Below are positions 1 to 9,372 of a DNA stretch of 64,000 bases, one piece after another (position 1 is the stretch's first letter; each line of letters begins with the position of its first letter). Made by a program: the position numbers and the translations under genes. The stretch lies in the NCBI GenBank assembly GCA_963743305.1, contig CAVUPH010000019.1, positions 39,478-103,477 on the forward strand, read 5' to 3'. The stretch comes from an uncultured delta proteobacterium. GTDB taxonomy: Bacteria > Desulfobacterota > RBG-13-43-22. Below the pieces are notes generated by a model. That model saw only the letters and a list, made by a program, of their open reading frames with translations. It was not told the origin of the DNA and did not search any database.

Positions 1-265
1 GTGGAAAAAGAAAAACGAAATTAATCAGATAGCCTGGGAATAGCATATCCCAACCCTGTTGTCAATGTAAGGAAAGTGGACCTTTGGTCCCTGATCCGGT
101 CCTGGATCGCTATTCTAACTTTAACTCTTTCCCTGACTCTACCCCTTAGATCTGGCTGCCGCCCAGTTTATATCTATTCCGTCGCCGAATAGACTGGCTG
201 GCCCCCCCAGAGAGAAGATGCGATCATTATTGAAGCGAAGGGATTTCTTGGTTCCAGCGGGGGTT

Positions 266-303
266 CCCCCACCCCCTAACCCCCTCCCGCCAGGGGAGGG
301 GGG
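266..303. repeat. REP-like GC hairpin (CCCCCTCCC-gcca-GGGGAGGGGG)
   Basis: Palindromic C-rich/G-rich arms in an intergenic region; similar in style to the hairpins at 59719-59790. Confidence 0.6.
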
Positions 304-458
304 ATTCCTTATCTCATTGATATTGTGACCATCCTTGATATTAGTGATTCATTTTAGCCAGTTATGAGCCAATTCGTGGAGAGGGCGGCGTGTTTTTTCG
401 CACCCTTAAGAAATGTCTCCTTCGTCCCTATAATTTCCCCTTCGTGGCGGATAGCATA

Positions 459-522
459 GGGATTGCTTCGTCGCTTCACTCCTCGCATTGACGGTTCGGG
501 GGGGCTTTTCGCGAATCCGTCA
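459..522 (-). repeat. MITE/REP-like element end plus GTCATTGCGAG-type hairpin cassette (family B)
   Basis: Reverse complement TGACGGATTCGCGAAAAGCCC...GTCAATGCGAGGAGTGAAGCGACGAAGCAATCCC closely matches 29952-30014. Confidence 0.8.
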
Positions 523-626
523 GAATTGTTAGTGAGGCGGATCATTGAAGTTGACAGAACGGGGTTTTTTCGTTATGAACACTATGGAAGAAAGCGCCGT
601 CCCAAAGGCGTTCAGTAGGAGTCCGA

Positions 627-1604
627 ATGAGCCCAAAAGGCGATTTTTTAGAACATTTACAGGAGGATATAGAAAAGGTCAACTATTACCTGATGGAAAA
701 CCTTCGCTCTCACATTCCCCTGATCGCGGAGGTCAACCAGCACATCCTGACCGGAGGCGGCAAGCGGCTGCGATCCCTTCTTTTTGTAATCTGCGCCCGG
801 CTTTGCGGCTATGAGGGGGAGCGCGCCTACAACCTATCTTCCATTTTCGAATATCTGCACGCGGCCACTCTGCTCCACGACGACGTGATCGACAAGGCCG
901 ATACCCGCAGAGGCAAGCCGGCGGCCAACAAGGTCTGGGGCAACTCGGCGGCTGTGCTGGTGGGGGATTTTCTCCTCTCCAAATCGTTTACCCTGGCCGT
1001 GGAAAGCCAAAAGCTTCGGTTGTTGGAGGTCCTTTCCAGTACCACTACCCAAATGGCCGAAGGGATGGTGTTGGAACTCATCCACACCGACGACTTGGCC
1101 GTGGCTGAGGAGACCTATCGGCGCATTCTGATCGATAAGACAGCCATACTGATCTCCGCCGCCTGCCAGACCGGGGCGATTTGGGGAGGGGCCCCGGAAA
1201 AAGAGGAACAGGCCCTCAGAGATTACGGTTTGGACTTGGGGATCGCTTTTCAAATGGTGGATGACTTACTGGATTACATTGCCTCGGAACAGGAAACCGG
1301 AAAGACCGTGGCCAATGATTTTAAGGAAGGGAAGATTACTTTGCCGCTGATCTACGCCTTGAGTAAATGCTCGACCGAAGAAAAGCAACGGATTGAAGAT
1401 TTGGCCAAAAAAATCAGACCGGACCAAGCGGAGTTAAAAACTGTTTTTGAATTGGTTCAAAAATTCGGGGGGCTTGAATATACCCGGGAGCGGGCTGAAA
1501 GCTATAAAAATCGGGCCGTAAAAGCGCTCGAAATTTTTCCTCCAGGCCGGGACCGGCGGATCCTGGAAGATCTGGCGGAATTTGTGATCGCCCGGCGAAG
1601 GTAG
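627..1604 (+). CDS. ispB: Long-chain polyprenyl diphosphate synthase (IspB/HepT-like)
   Basis: GGKRLR, FARM HDDVID, RRGK, SARM VDDLLD, GK-TLP motifs; AGGAG RBS. Confidence 0.9.
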   Translation: MSPKGDFLEHLQEDIEKVNYYLMENLRSHIPLIAEVNQHILTGGGKRLRSLLFVICARLCGYEGERAYNLSSIFEYLHAATLLHDDVIDKADTRRGKPAANKVWGNSAAVLVGDFLLSKSFTLAVESQKLRLLEVLSSTTTQMAEGMVLELIHTDDLAVAEETYRRILIDKTAILISAACQTGAIWGGAPEKEEQALRDYGLDLGIAFQMVDDLLDYIASEQETGKTVANDFKEGKITLPLIYALSKCSTEEKQRIEDLAKKIRPDQAELKTVFELVQKFGGLEYTRERAESYKNRAVKALEIFPPGRDRRILEDLAEFVIARRR

Positions 1605-1615
1605 CTTAACAATTG

Positions 1616-1851
1616 GAATTCACTTTAGATGGCGGGGTTACCCGCCGAGCAGAGAGTCGTATTTGGACTTTTTACGAGGTTTTTAAATATGACGGACTCG
1701 CGAGAGGCCCGTCAGCAGACCGAGGGCGATTAAGCCCCGGTCTGGGGTAGGGGTGGCACCATTTGAATTCACTTCAAATGGCGGGGGAGGGGAAGCCCTC
1801 CCCCGCCGAGCAGAGAGTCGTATTTGGACTTTATGCGAGGTTTAAATATGA
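1616..1851 (+). repeat. Tandem partial duplication of a family B MITE-like element
   Basis: 1616-1692 and 1765-1851 share GAATTCACTT..ATGGCGGG[hairpin]CCCGCCGAGCAGAGAGTCGTATTTGGACTTT..CGAGGTTT..AAATATGA; left end TGACGGACTCGCGAGAGGCCC at 1690. Confidence 0.85.
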
Positions 1852-2222
1852 TACGATATGAATTGGCCCCGGATATCGAACGGCAACTAGGACAGATTGC
1901 CCGAAGGCTGAAGATGAAACACATCGACTTGAAGCGGGTCAGGGGGGTCCGAAGTTACGGGTCGACCGGCAAGGGGATCATTGCCCGCTGCCATGCCCTG
2001 CCCAAGGTCATGCAGTTGGCCCTTGGGCAGGAGGCCCACTACGTCATTGAGATCTTAACCGAAGGCTATGAACGTTTGAGCGAAGAAGCCCAGATTAAGA
2101 TCCTGATCCACGAATTGATGCATATCCCCGAGACCTTTGGGGGCGGGTTCCGCATGCATCGGGATCATGTCACCCGTCGAAATGTAGAGAAGATGTACCG
2201 GGAGTATACCCAAAGCAAGTAA
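1848..2222 (+). CDS. Putative zinc metallopeptidase (COG4900/phage metallopeptidase-like)
   Basis: HELMH (HExxH) motif; GAGG RBS 7 nt before ATG 1848. Confidence 0.7.
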   Translation: MIRYELAPDIERQLGQIARRLKMKHIDLKRVRGVRSYGSTGKGIIARCHALPKVMQLALGQEAHYVIEILTEGYERLSEEAQIKILIHELMHIPETFGGGFRMHRDHVTRRNVEKMYREYTQSK

Positions 2223-2233
2223 TGGTCCGCAGA

Positions 2234-2473
2234 TTATTCCTCAGGCTCCGAGGCATCATAGAGCAGGTTATTCACCATGGAATGGAGGATGCCGGCCAGA
2301 TAAATTTCGTCGCCGATATCGGACGAAAGGGAATGATACACCCCCTCCTTGTCCATATAAAAAACGATTAGCTCCTTGATCGCTTCGTTGTCATCGCTCA
2401 ACCGTTCCAGGATATCAACCACTTGTTTCTGGGTCCGGTCGATATGAATAAGTTTTCCTTTTTTACCTGCCAT
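2234..2473 (-). CDS. Hypothetical protein (79 aa)
   Basis: AGGAG RBS, natural amino-acid composition, convergent with 1848-2222. Confidence 0.65.
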   Translation of the reverse strand: MAGKKGKLIHIDRTQKQVVDILERLSDDNEAIKELIVFYMDKEGVYHSLSSDIGDEIYLAGILHSMVNNLLYDASEPEE

Positions 2474-2574
2474 GGTGGAGTACTCCTTTTTTGCAGTCGG
2501 CCTGATCGGCCCATTCCACTAATAGCGTAGAATAATCCGAATCATCCGAAAAGACAAGCCCCTTTACAAATAGT

Positions 2575-2866
2575 AGATCATCCCGAACCCAAGCTTCCGG
2601 GGCCGCCTGGGTCTCTTGAAAAGGGTTTTCCACACTTCTTTTTCGGTTCTAACCCGGCCCCCGTGCCCTCAATTCGCCCCGAAGGCAGGGTCGGCAGGGA
2701 AGACGTTAAAGGCCTCCGGTTTTGGGCCTGCTTTTAAATAAAGTTGATTTCTTAGACCCGGATTCGGAGTCCGGATGGCCTTTGGAAAACCCTTTTCAAG
2801 AGACCCAGGCGGCCAGATCCGATATAGGGGGTACCCACCCAAAAGGGCGAGCAAGCAAGAAATCTA
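2575..2866 (-). mobile_element. IR-bounded ~280-bp non-coding element, copy 1 (family A)
   Basis: Perfect 32-bp IRs at 2601-2632 and 2783-2814; core and flank homologous to 15220-15505. Confidence 0.8.
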
Positions 2867-3760
2867 TTTGGGGAAAAAGAGGATAAATTTTTCCAGCAGA
2901 TGGTCCGGGTGATACGACTCCTTAGCCTTCCTTAATCCGGGTTCTCCCAAGTCCTGTTCACGGTTGACAAAGCGAATAGTGCTCCACTCCCTTTCCAAGA
3001 ACTGCTGATTGATCAAGGCATACAGCCCGGGAATTTCCGGGTTGGCCTTCTCGACATGGATGACTACCGTATCAGGATTCAGTAATTCACCGAGGCTGAA
3101 GGCCTCCACTTTTCCATGGATACGGATAACACCCCCCCGATACGGCAGAAAATCAATATGCTTAAAGGCCTCGACAATGGCCTGTTCTTCGTTTAATAAA
3201 CTAGGCGATTCTTCGCATTGGCGCAACCGGCACCAGGCCTCCTGCAAATTAAGGCATTCGGTCACCAGTTCCGGGGTTAGGGGAAGATATTCCCAGTCGC
3301 TATTTTTCTTAAGCCGGTTGACGTGATTCTTCTGGGAGTGGTAGCGGTTGCCGGATAGGTGGACCAGGTTCTTGGTCAGGTAGACATAATCGCTGTTGTC
3401 CCGGTCCAGGACCAGTTCCGCCCCCGGAAAGGAGACCAACTCGCCGGCCAAAGGGTCCGGAATCCGGCCTACTCGGGGCCGATGCCCACCGTCCTTTAGG
3501 GTTTCAATCCCGCTTTGGGTCCAGGCCCGAATATCGCCCTGCCCGATGGGAGGGAATAAAAAAGGGGCGGATCCCGGAGGCTGTCCCAGGAGGGTCAAAA
3601 AGTCATGTACCACAGATACCTGGAAGTGATAATAGTGCCGCCAGATGAAAAGGTTGGTAAAGGTGAATTCCGAAATTTGCGGTGGAAAACGCCTGAAAAA
3701 AACGTCCACCAACCCCTGGTGGGCCTGCGATAAGGGTTCGAAGGGAGGAAGCATATTCAA
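2864..3760 (-). CDS. DUF2156 / aminoacyl-phosphatidylglycerol synthase C-terminal-like GNAT protein
   Basis: SEFTFTNLFIW, DYVY, LSGNRYHSQKNHVN, HVEKA, NREQDLGEPGLRKAKESYHP motifs. Confidence 0.85.
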   Translation of the reverse strand: MNMLPPFEPLSQAHQGLVDVFFRRFPPQISEFTFTNLFIWRHYYHFQVSVVHDFLTLLGQPPGSAPFLFPPIGQGDIRAWTQSGIETLKDGGHRPRVGRIPDPLAGELVSFPGAELVLDRDNSDYVYLTKNLVHLSGNRYHSQKNHVNRLKKNSDWEYLPLTPELVTECLNLQEAWCRLRQCEESPSLLNEEQAIVEAFKHIDFLPYRGGVIRIHGKVEAFSLGELLNPDTVVIHVEKANPEIPGLYALINQQFLEREWSTIRFVNREQDLGEPGLRKAKESYHPDHLLEKFILFFPK

Positions 3761-4606
3761 TGCGCGGCCTTGAGGTCTTTAAGGGACTGAAGCCTTTCAT
3801 AGGGTATCCGCAAAGCGCCGTAACCGGTCAGTATATCCACCCCTTCCTTGTTTTTGCCGTGAAAATCGCTTCCTCCGGTCACCAAAAGGTCCAGGTCCTC
3901 GGCCAAGGCCAGATATTCCCGGGTTCGTTCCGGGGGATGCTCGGAGTAGAGGCATTCCAGCCCCTGAAGGCCCTGATCCCTCAACTCCCGAAGCAGATGG
4001 AAGAGCTGCTCCCGGGTGGTGCAGTTTAAGGTAAAAGGATGGGCCAGAACCGGAATGCCACCGGCCTGGCGAATCAGAGCGATGGCCCGGCCCGGGGAAA
4101 AGCGAAATTTCTCCACATAAGCCGGAGCGCCTTTGGTCAGGTATTGTGTAAAAGCCTCGTCCAGGGTTTGGACGGCCCCAATTTGCAGCATGGCCTGGGC
4201 GATGTGCGGTCGGCCGATTTGTCCTCCGGAAAGGGCCTGGACCTGATCGTAAGTAATGGGAATGCCCAGCTCTTGTAGGCGAACGATAATTTTAGGGTTC
4301 CTTTCTCGGCGGGCCTCCTGAAGACGTTCCAGTTCCTGTTGGAAGAAGGGGTCGGTATGATCGATATAATAGCCGAGGATATGCATGCCCCCGCCGGTAT
4401 AGTCGGCGCTGATTTCGAGGCCCGGGACTAATTCAAAATGACTAGGCCTCGGCTGCGCGCAGGGCCTCCGCCAGACCGGCCACCGTATCGTGGTCGGTCA
4501 GGGCGATGGCGGCGGCCCCCTTTTGGAGGGCATAGGTCACTAATTCTCCGGGTGCCAGGCTACCATCCGAGGCGTTGGAATGCGTGTGAAGATCGATAAG
4601 GTTCAT
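3757..4606 (-). CDS. PHP-domain phosphoesterase (TrpH/YciV-like), frameshifted near 4445
   Basis: ATG 4606 gives MNLIDLHTHSNASDG..ALTDHDT; a +1 shift joins PGLEISA..HILGY..GRPHIA..LAHP..GGSDFHG. Confidence 0.85.
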
Positions 4607-4658
4607 AGTGAAGGGCTTTTTCCTTTACCCCGTCTTGGGATTTGTTTCTAACCTTGGG

Positions 4659-7034
4659 TTAGCGCTTGCAGGCTTTGTTTGGTTGCCGGCAGAGGGCCAA
4701 ACCAATAACTTCATCCATGCGATCCACAAAATGGAATTTAAGTCCTTTCATCAAGGCCGGTTGGATCTCCTCCAAGTCCTTTTCATTTTTGTGGGGCAGG
4801 ATCACCTCTTTGATGCCGGCCCGTTTCGCGGCTAAGACCTTTTCCTTGATTCCCCCCACCGGAAGGACCAGGCCTCGGAGGGTGATTTCTCCGGTCATGG
4901 CCAGGTCGCTCCTCACCGGGCGATCGGTTAGCAGTGAGGTCAGGGCGGTAAATATGGCCACCCCGGCGGAAGGCCCATCCTTGGGGATGGCCCCGGCCGG
5001 GACGTGGATGTGCAGGTCATGGTTGTCATAGAAATCGGGAGAAATTCCAGCATGTTCAGCATTTGAACGAATATAGCTCAAGGCCGCACCGGCGGATTCT
5101 TTCATCACGTCTCCCAATTGTCCGGTCAGAGTGAGCGTTCGCCGGCCGGGCATTTTTGAGGCCTCGACAAAAAGAATATCCCCCCCAGCCTGTGTCCAGG
5201 CCAACCCGGTGGCCACTCCCGGCGTTTTGGTTCTTTCGGCGACATCGGAAAAGAATTTTACCGGGCCTAAATAGGAGTGGAGGTCTTGAGGCCCGATTTT
5301 TTTGAACTGTAACTTTCCTTCGGCCACCTCTTTGGCCACACCACGACAAATAGCCGCGATTTCCCTTTCCAGGTTGCGAAGCCCGGCCTCCCGGGTGTAA
5401 TTCCGGATAAGGTCCTGAAGGGCTTTTTTCCCAAAGACCAAATTTTTATCGGTTAAGCCGTGCTCCCCCAGTTGCTTGGGGATCAAATGGGTCTGAGCGA
5501 TTTGCACCTTCTCTTCCTCAATGTAACCCGACAGGTTCAATACTTCCATCCGGTCAAGGAGGGCAGGGGGAATGGTGTCTAATATATTAGCGGTAGTAAT
5601 GAACATGACCTGGGAGAGGTCAAATTCCACCTCCAGGTAGTGATCGGAAAAGGAAAAGTTCTGCTCCGGGTCCAAGACCTCCAAGAGGGCTGAGGAGGGA
5701 TCGCCTCGAAAGTCGGTGCCGACCTTGTCGATTTCATCCAGGATAAAAACCGGGTTGTTGGAACCCGCTTTGCGCAGTCCCTGGATAATCCTCCCCGGCA
5801 GTGCCCCCACGTAAGTGCGGCGGTGCCCCCGGATCTCGGCCTCATCCCTAACCCCGCCCAGCGAGAGGCGGACGAATTTACGCCCCAAGGCTCGGGCAAT
5901 GGAACGGCCCAGGGAAGTCTTCCCGGTACCCGGCGGGCCGACAAAGCAAAGGATAGGGCCTTTCATGTCCGGTTTCAGTTTACGCACGGCCAGATACTCC
6001 AGTATCCGTTTCTTGACCTTTTCCAGATTGTAATGGTCTTCATCCAGAACTTTAGCGGCTTTCTCAATGTCCAGATTATCTTCCGTCCGAACATTCCAGG
6101 GCAATTCAGTGATCCAGTCCAGGTAAGAAAGGGCCACCGTATACTCCGGTGAGGCCGAGTTCATCCGGGCCAGGCGGTTCAGTTCCCGCTCGGCCTCCTT
6201 GGCCGCTGCAGCCGGCAATTGGCGATCCTTGATCTTTTGCCGATACTCTTCGATTTCCAGGGTCTTCTCATCTTTTTCGCCCAACTCCTTCTGGATGGCC
6301 TTGAGTTGCTCCCGCAGGTAATATTCCCGTTGGTTCTTGTCGATTCCCTCTTTGACCTCGGACTGGATTTTTTTTCCTAATTCCAGGACTTCCAGTTCTT
6401 TGGTCAGTACCACGGTGACTTTCTGCAACCTGTCTTTGACGTCCAGGGACTCCAGGATGTCCTGCTTCTCCTCCTTGGTAATATTGAGCGTCGAAGTAAT
6501 CATATCGGCCAGAGAACCGGGGTCCTCCACGCTCTGGGCCAGCAGGCTTAATTCCGAGGGTAAGTAGGGGGATAATTCCAGCACCTTGGTAAAGAGGGAG
6601 CGAGCATTGTTCACCAGGGCCGTGGTCTCCATCCCGGAATCAGCGGCATCCTTCAAGACCTCAATTTTAGCCTTGAAATAGGGTTCGGTGGCCGTAATTT
6701 CAAGGATCTTGAACCGGGTTAATCCCTGGACCATGATTCGGACGCCCCCTTCCGGGACTTTAGCCATTTTCAGAATCGAACCCACCGTTCCAATGCCGTA
6801 GAGATCTTCGGGAGTTAGCGGCTCCTGCCCTTTACCCTTAATCAGGACTAGCCCCAGGATATGGTCTTTCATCAGAGCCTCGTCCACCAGTCGGACCCAG
6901 TTGTTTTCCCAAATCATTAAAGGAAAGACCATCTTGGGAAACAGGGTCACGTCCATAACCGGCAAAATAGAAATTTCTTCCGGGATATTAACTACCTGTG
7001 GCTGTAGGGGTAATGTAGTCTCGTTGATTTCCAT
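4659..7034 (-). CDS. lon: ATP-dependent protease La (Lon)
   Basis: LON N domain, [34 protein letters not shown] catalytic Ser, GGIKEK. Confidence 0.97.
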   Translation of the reverse strand: MEINETTLPLQPQVVNIPEEISILPVMDVTLFPKMVFPLMIWENNWVRLVDEALMKDHILGLVLIKGKGQEPLTPEDLYGIGTVGSILKMAKVPEGGVRIMVQGLTRFKILEITATEPYFKAKIEVLKDAADSGMETTALVNNARSLFTKVLELSPYLPSELSLLAQSVEDPGSLADMITSTLNITKEEKQDILESLDVKDRLQKVTVVLTKELEVLELGKKIQSEVKEGIDKNQREYYLREQLKAIQKELGEKDEKTLEIEEYRQKIKDRQLPAAAAKEAERELNRLARMNSASPEYTVALSYLDWITELPWNVRTEDNLDIEKAAKVLDEDHYNLEKVKKRILEYLAVRKLKPDMKGPILCFVGPPGTGKTSLGRSIARALGRKFVRLSLGGVRDEAEIRGHRRTYVGALPGRIIQGLRKAGSNNPVFILDEIDKVGTDFRGDPSSALLEVLDPEQNFSFSDHYLEVEFDLSQVMFITTANILDTIPPALLDRMEVLNLSGYIEEEKVQIAQTHLIPKQLGEHGLTDKNLVFGKKALQDLIRNYTREAGLRNLEREIAAICRGVAKEVAEGKLQFKKIGPQDLHSYLGPVKFFSDVAERTKTPGVATGLAWTQAGGDILFVEASKMPGRRTLTLTGQLGDVMKESAGAALSYIRSNAEHAGISPDFYDNHDLHIHVPAGAIPKDGPSAGVAIFTALTSLLTDRPVRSDLAMTGEITLRGLVLPVGGIKEKVLAAKRAGIKEVILPHKNEKDLEEIQPALMKGLKFHFVDRMDEVIGLALCRQPNKACKR

Positions 7035-7068
7035 AGGAAACTCCTTTTTATGAAAAACGCCGCTAAAT

Positions 7069-7485
7069 TCATTTAATGGGAATGGTTTTAGCTTGCGTCG
7101 GTTTTTTTGGTAAAGTGATAGTCAAAAATCCGTCCTGGTACTTAGCCTCGATCTTATCTTCATCGATGAGTACCGGCAACTGAAAGACTCGCTCAAAGGA
7201 ACCGTATTCAATTTCCATCTGCAAAAAACGAATGCTCTCGGGAGTGAAGGGGCGTTCGCGGCGTCCATAAAGATAAACCAGGTTCTTTTTAATGGTTACC
7301 TGGATTTCATTTTTTTTAAGTCCCGAGGCATCCGCCAGGATCACAAAGGACTGAGGGGTTTCCATAATGTCCATCTGCGGGTACCAAACCCGCTGATCCA
7401 GCAGAAATCGGGGACTGAGCTGGTGAACCATATCTTCCATGAGACGGCGCATTTGCTGCTGTAGTCGGTTGAAATCGCTTACCAA
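7069..7485 (-). CDS. Small heat shock protein Hsp20
   Basis: Alpha-crystallin motifs [14 protein letters not shown] and [14 protein letters not shown]; TTG start with AGGAGAGG RBS; in operon with lon. Confidence 0.9.
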   Translation of the reverse strand: MVSDFNRLQQQMRRLMEDMVHQLSPRFLLDQRVWYPQMDIMETPQSFVILADASGLKKNEIQVTIKKNLVYLYGRRERPFTPESIRFLQMEIEYGSFERVFQLPVLIDEDKIEAKYQDGFLTITLPKKPTQAKTIPIK

Positions 7486-7761
7486 GGTGCCTCTCCTTCT
7501 TGAATTAGGTTAGCCCATAGAGTCGGATCCCCACAAATGAAGGAGGCCCTCCTCATTGTTCTGAACGATTCGTCAAGTTAAGTATTGCCAAATATTATAA
7601 GATCGGATAGTGGTTTTGTAAAGGAATGGGAGGGTTTTTTCGCGGTATTTCAAGCGTATATTTTACTTGCCAGGCTTTAATAATTAGGCTATATTACAAC
7701 TTTTAAATAAAGTGACCTGCCTGGCTCCAGGGGAGACAAAAAGGGAGAAGAGGAAGCGGAA

Positions 7762-7863
7762 ATGGGGAGTGTAGTCAAGAAGAGACGGAAAAAAATGCGG
7801 AAACACAAGCATAAGAAGTTGATGAAGAAGACCAGGCACCAGCGGAAGAAGAGAGGGAAGTAA
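7762..7863 (+). CDS. 30S ribosomal protein bS22-like / AURKAIP1-COX24 domain protein (33 aa; absent from the ORF track)
   Basis: Translates to MGSVVKKRRKKMRKHKHKKLMKKTRHQRKKRGK, matching the bS22/mS38 pattern; GAGG RBS. Confidence 0.9.
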   Translation: MGSVVKKRRKKMRKHKHKKLMKKTRHQRKKRGK

Positions 7864-7958
7864 CCCAGAGATCCCTTTCGGGATAGTTTTACAGCCTGGA
7901 ACCCATAATCCGGATGCATCCAGTGGATTGATATTTTTATGATTTTCTGCTTGCCGCT

Positions 7959-7993
7959 ACAGGCCAGCCCTTCGGGGGTGGCCTGTCTTTTTT
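7959..7993 (+). terminator. Intrinsic terminator abutting the thiD RBS
   Basis: ACAGGCCAGCCC-TTCG-GGGGTGGCCTGT followed by a T-tract. Confidence 0.75.
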
Positions 7994-8005
7994 GGGAGGG
8001 GTCCT

Positions 8006-9346
8006 ATTAAAGCGCGTATTTTAACGATTGCCGGGTCGGATTCCGGCGGTGGGGCCGGAATCCAGGCTGATTTGAAAGTAATTGCCCTGTTGGGCGGGTA
8101 CGGTACTTCGGTGATCACCGCCTTGACCGCCCAAAACACCGTGGGGGTCCAGGGGGTGTTTCCCGTTCCCGCCACCTTTATCCGTGAACAAATGGATTCG
8201 GTTCTGTCCGATATTGGAGCGGATGCGGTCAAAACCGGTATGCTGGCTGAGGCTGAAATTATCCGTCTGGTAGCTCGGGGGTTGGGCACCTGCCGTCTTC
8301 AAAAAGTGGTGGTCGATCCGGTTATGGTTTCTCAGAGCGGTCACTCCCTTTTGGCCCCCGGGGCCGATCGCAGCCTGATCGAGGATTTGCTGCCTAAAGC
8401 CGGGTTGGTGACTCCCAATCTCCCGGAAGCTTCCCGGCTGGTCGGGTTTCCCATCCGGACGGCGCCTAAGATGCGTGAGGCGGCCAAACGACTTAAATCG
8501 ATGACCCGAGGCGCTGTTTTAATCAAGGGCGGGCACCTGAAAGGGCCGGCCCTTGACCTGTTTTATGACGGGGCCTCCTTCCAAGAATTCACGGCCCCTC
8601 GAGTGAATTCCCCCCATACCCATGGGACCGGGTGTTCCTATTCGACGGCCATCGCCACCTTCTGGGCCCAAGGGCACTCCCTGCTGGAAGCCATAGAAAA
8701 AGGGAAACAGTTTATTCAGCGGGCGATCTTGACCGGAGAGCCGCTGGGCCGTGGCGAAGGGCCGACCAATCCCTATGCCTGGATTGAAGCGGAACTGGCC
8801 CGCTATCCGGTCCTGATGGCCCTGAACCGGGGGCTGGAACGGTTGAAGACCAACCGGCTGGGAGATTTAATTCCCGAGGTGCAATCCAATTTTGGGTTTG
8901 CCCTGCCTTACCCCGGGACGATTGACGAGGTAGCCGCCTTTCCGGGACGGATCTGCCGGTTTAAGGACTCCATCGCCGCGCTGGGATCCCCGGAGTTCGG
9001 GGCCTCCCGCCATGTGGCGCGAATTATTTTGACGGTGGTCGGCCATGACCCGGAATACCGTGCGGCGATGAATATCCGTTTTTCAGAAAAGATCCTTAAA
9101 AGCCTTCGGCAATCCGGGCTCCGGATGGGCGGGTTTAATCGCCAAATGGAACCCCAAAAATTAAAAAGGCGGGAGGGTTCCTCCCTGTCCTGGGGCGTGG
9201 GCCGGGTACTGGAAGAAAAAGGGTTCGTTCCGGATTTTATCTATGACCGGGGAGATGTGGGCAAGGAGCCCATGATCCGCGTTTTGGGAAAAGACCCGGA
9301 CGAGGTGGCTGACAAGATTATCTTCATAAAGAAAAAGAATCGATGA
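8006..9346 (+). CDS. thiD: HMP/HMP-P kinase ThiD fused to ThiN-type thiamine-phosphate synthase (ThiDN)
   Basis: LTIAGSDSGGGAGIQADLK, VDPVM, TPNLPEA, IKGGH, THGTGC; C-terminal LIPEVQSN..FGASRHVAR..RAAMNI..GKEPMIRVLG; probable ATT start at 8006. Confidence 0.9.
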   Translation: MKARILTIAGSDSGGGAGIQADLKVIALLGGYGTSVITALTAQNTVGVQGVFPVPATFIREQMDSVLSDIGADAVKTGMLAEAEIIRLVARGLGTCRLQKVVVDPVMVSQSGHSLLAPGADRSLIEDLLPKAGLVTPNLPEASRLVGFPIRTAPKMREAAKRLKSMTRGAVLIKGGHLKGPALDLFYDGASFQEFTAPRVNSPHTHGTGCSYSTAIATFWAQGHSLLEAIEKGKQFIQRAILTGEPLGRGEGPTNPYAWIEAELARYPVLMALNRGLERLKTNRLGDLIPEVQSNFGFALPYPGTIDEVAAFPGRICRFKDSIAALGSPEFGASRHVARIILTVVGHDPEYRAAMNIRFSEKILKSLRQSGLRMGGFNRQMEPQKLKRREGSSLSWGVGRVLEEKGFVPDFIYDRGDVGKEPMIRVLGKDPDEVADKIIFIKKKNR

Positions 9347-9372
9347 CCGACTCTATTGCGAGGTAGACTGTT

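Noticed and set aside
218-328. Short ORF MRSLLKRRDFL resembling a Tat signal
   Set aside because: No hydrophobic region follows, and it runs through a REP-like hairpin to a stop; chance or an unrecognisable remnant
1616-1851. Possible CRISPR array
   Set aside because: Only two long imperfect copies, no regular repeat-spacer period and no cas genes
2669-2854. 61-aa ORF inside the family A element as a mini-transposase
   Set aside because: No recognisable motifs and no evident conserved counterpart in copy 2
7520-7760. CIRCE/HrcA operator for hsp20-lon
   Set aside because: TTAGCACTC-N9-GAGTGCTAA is not present
7864-7958. TPP riboswitch upstream of thiD
   Set aside because: No CTGAGA or CCTGA core motifs found
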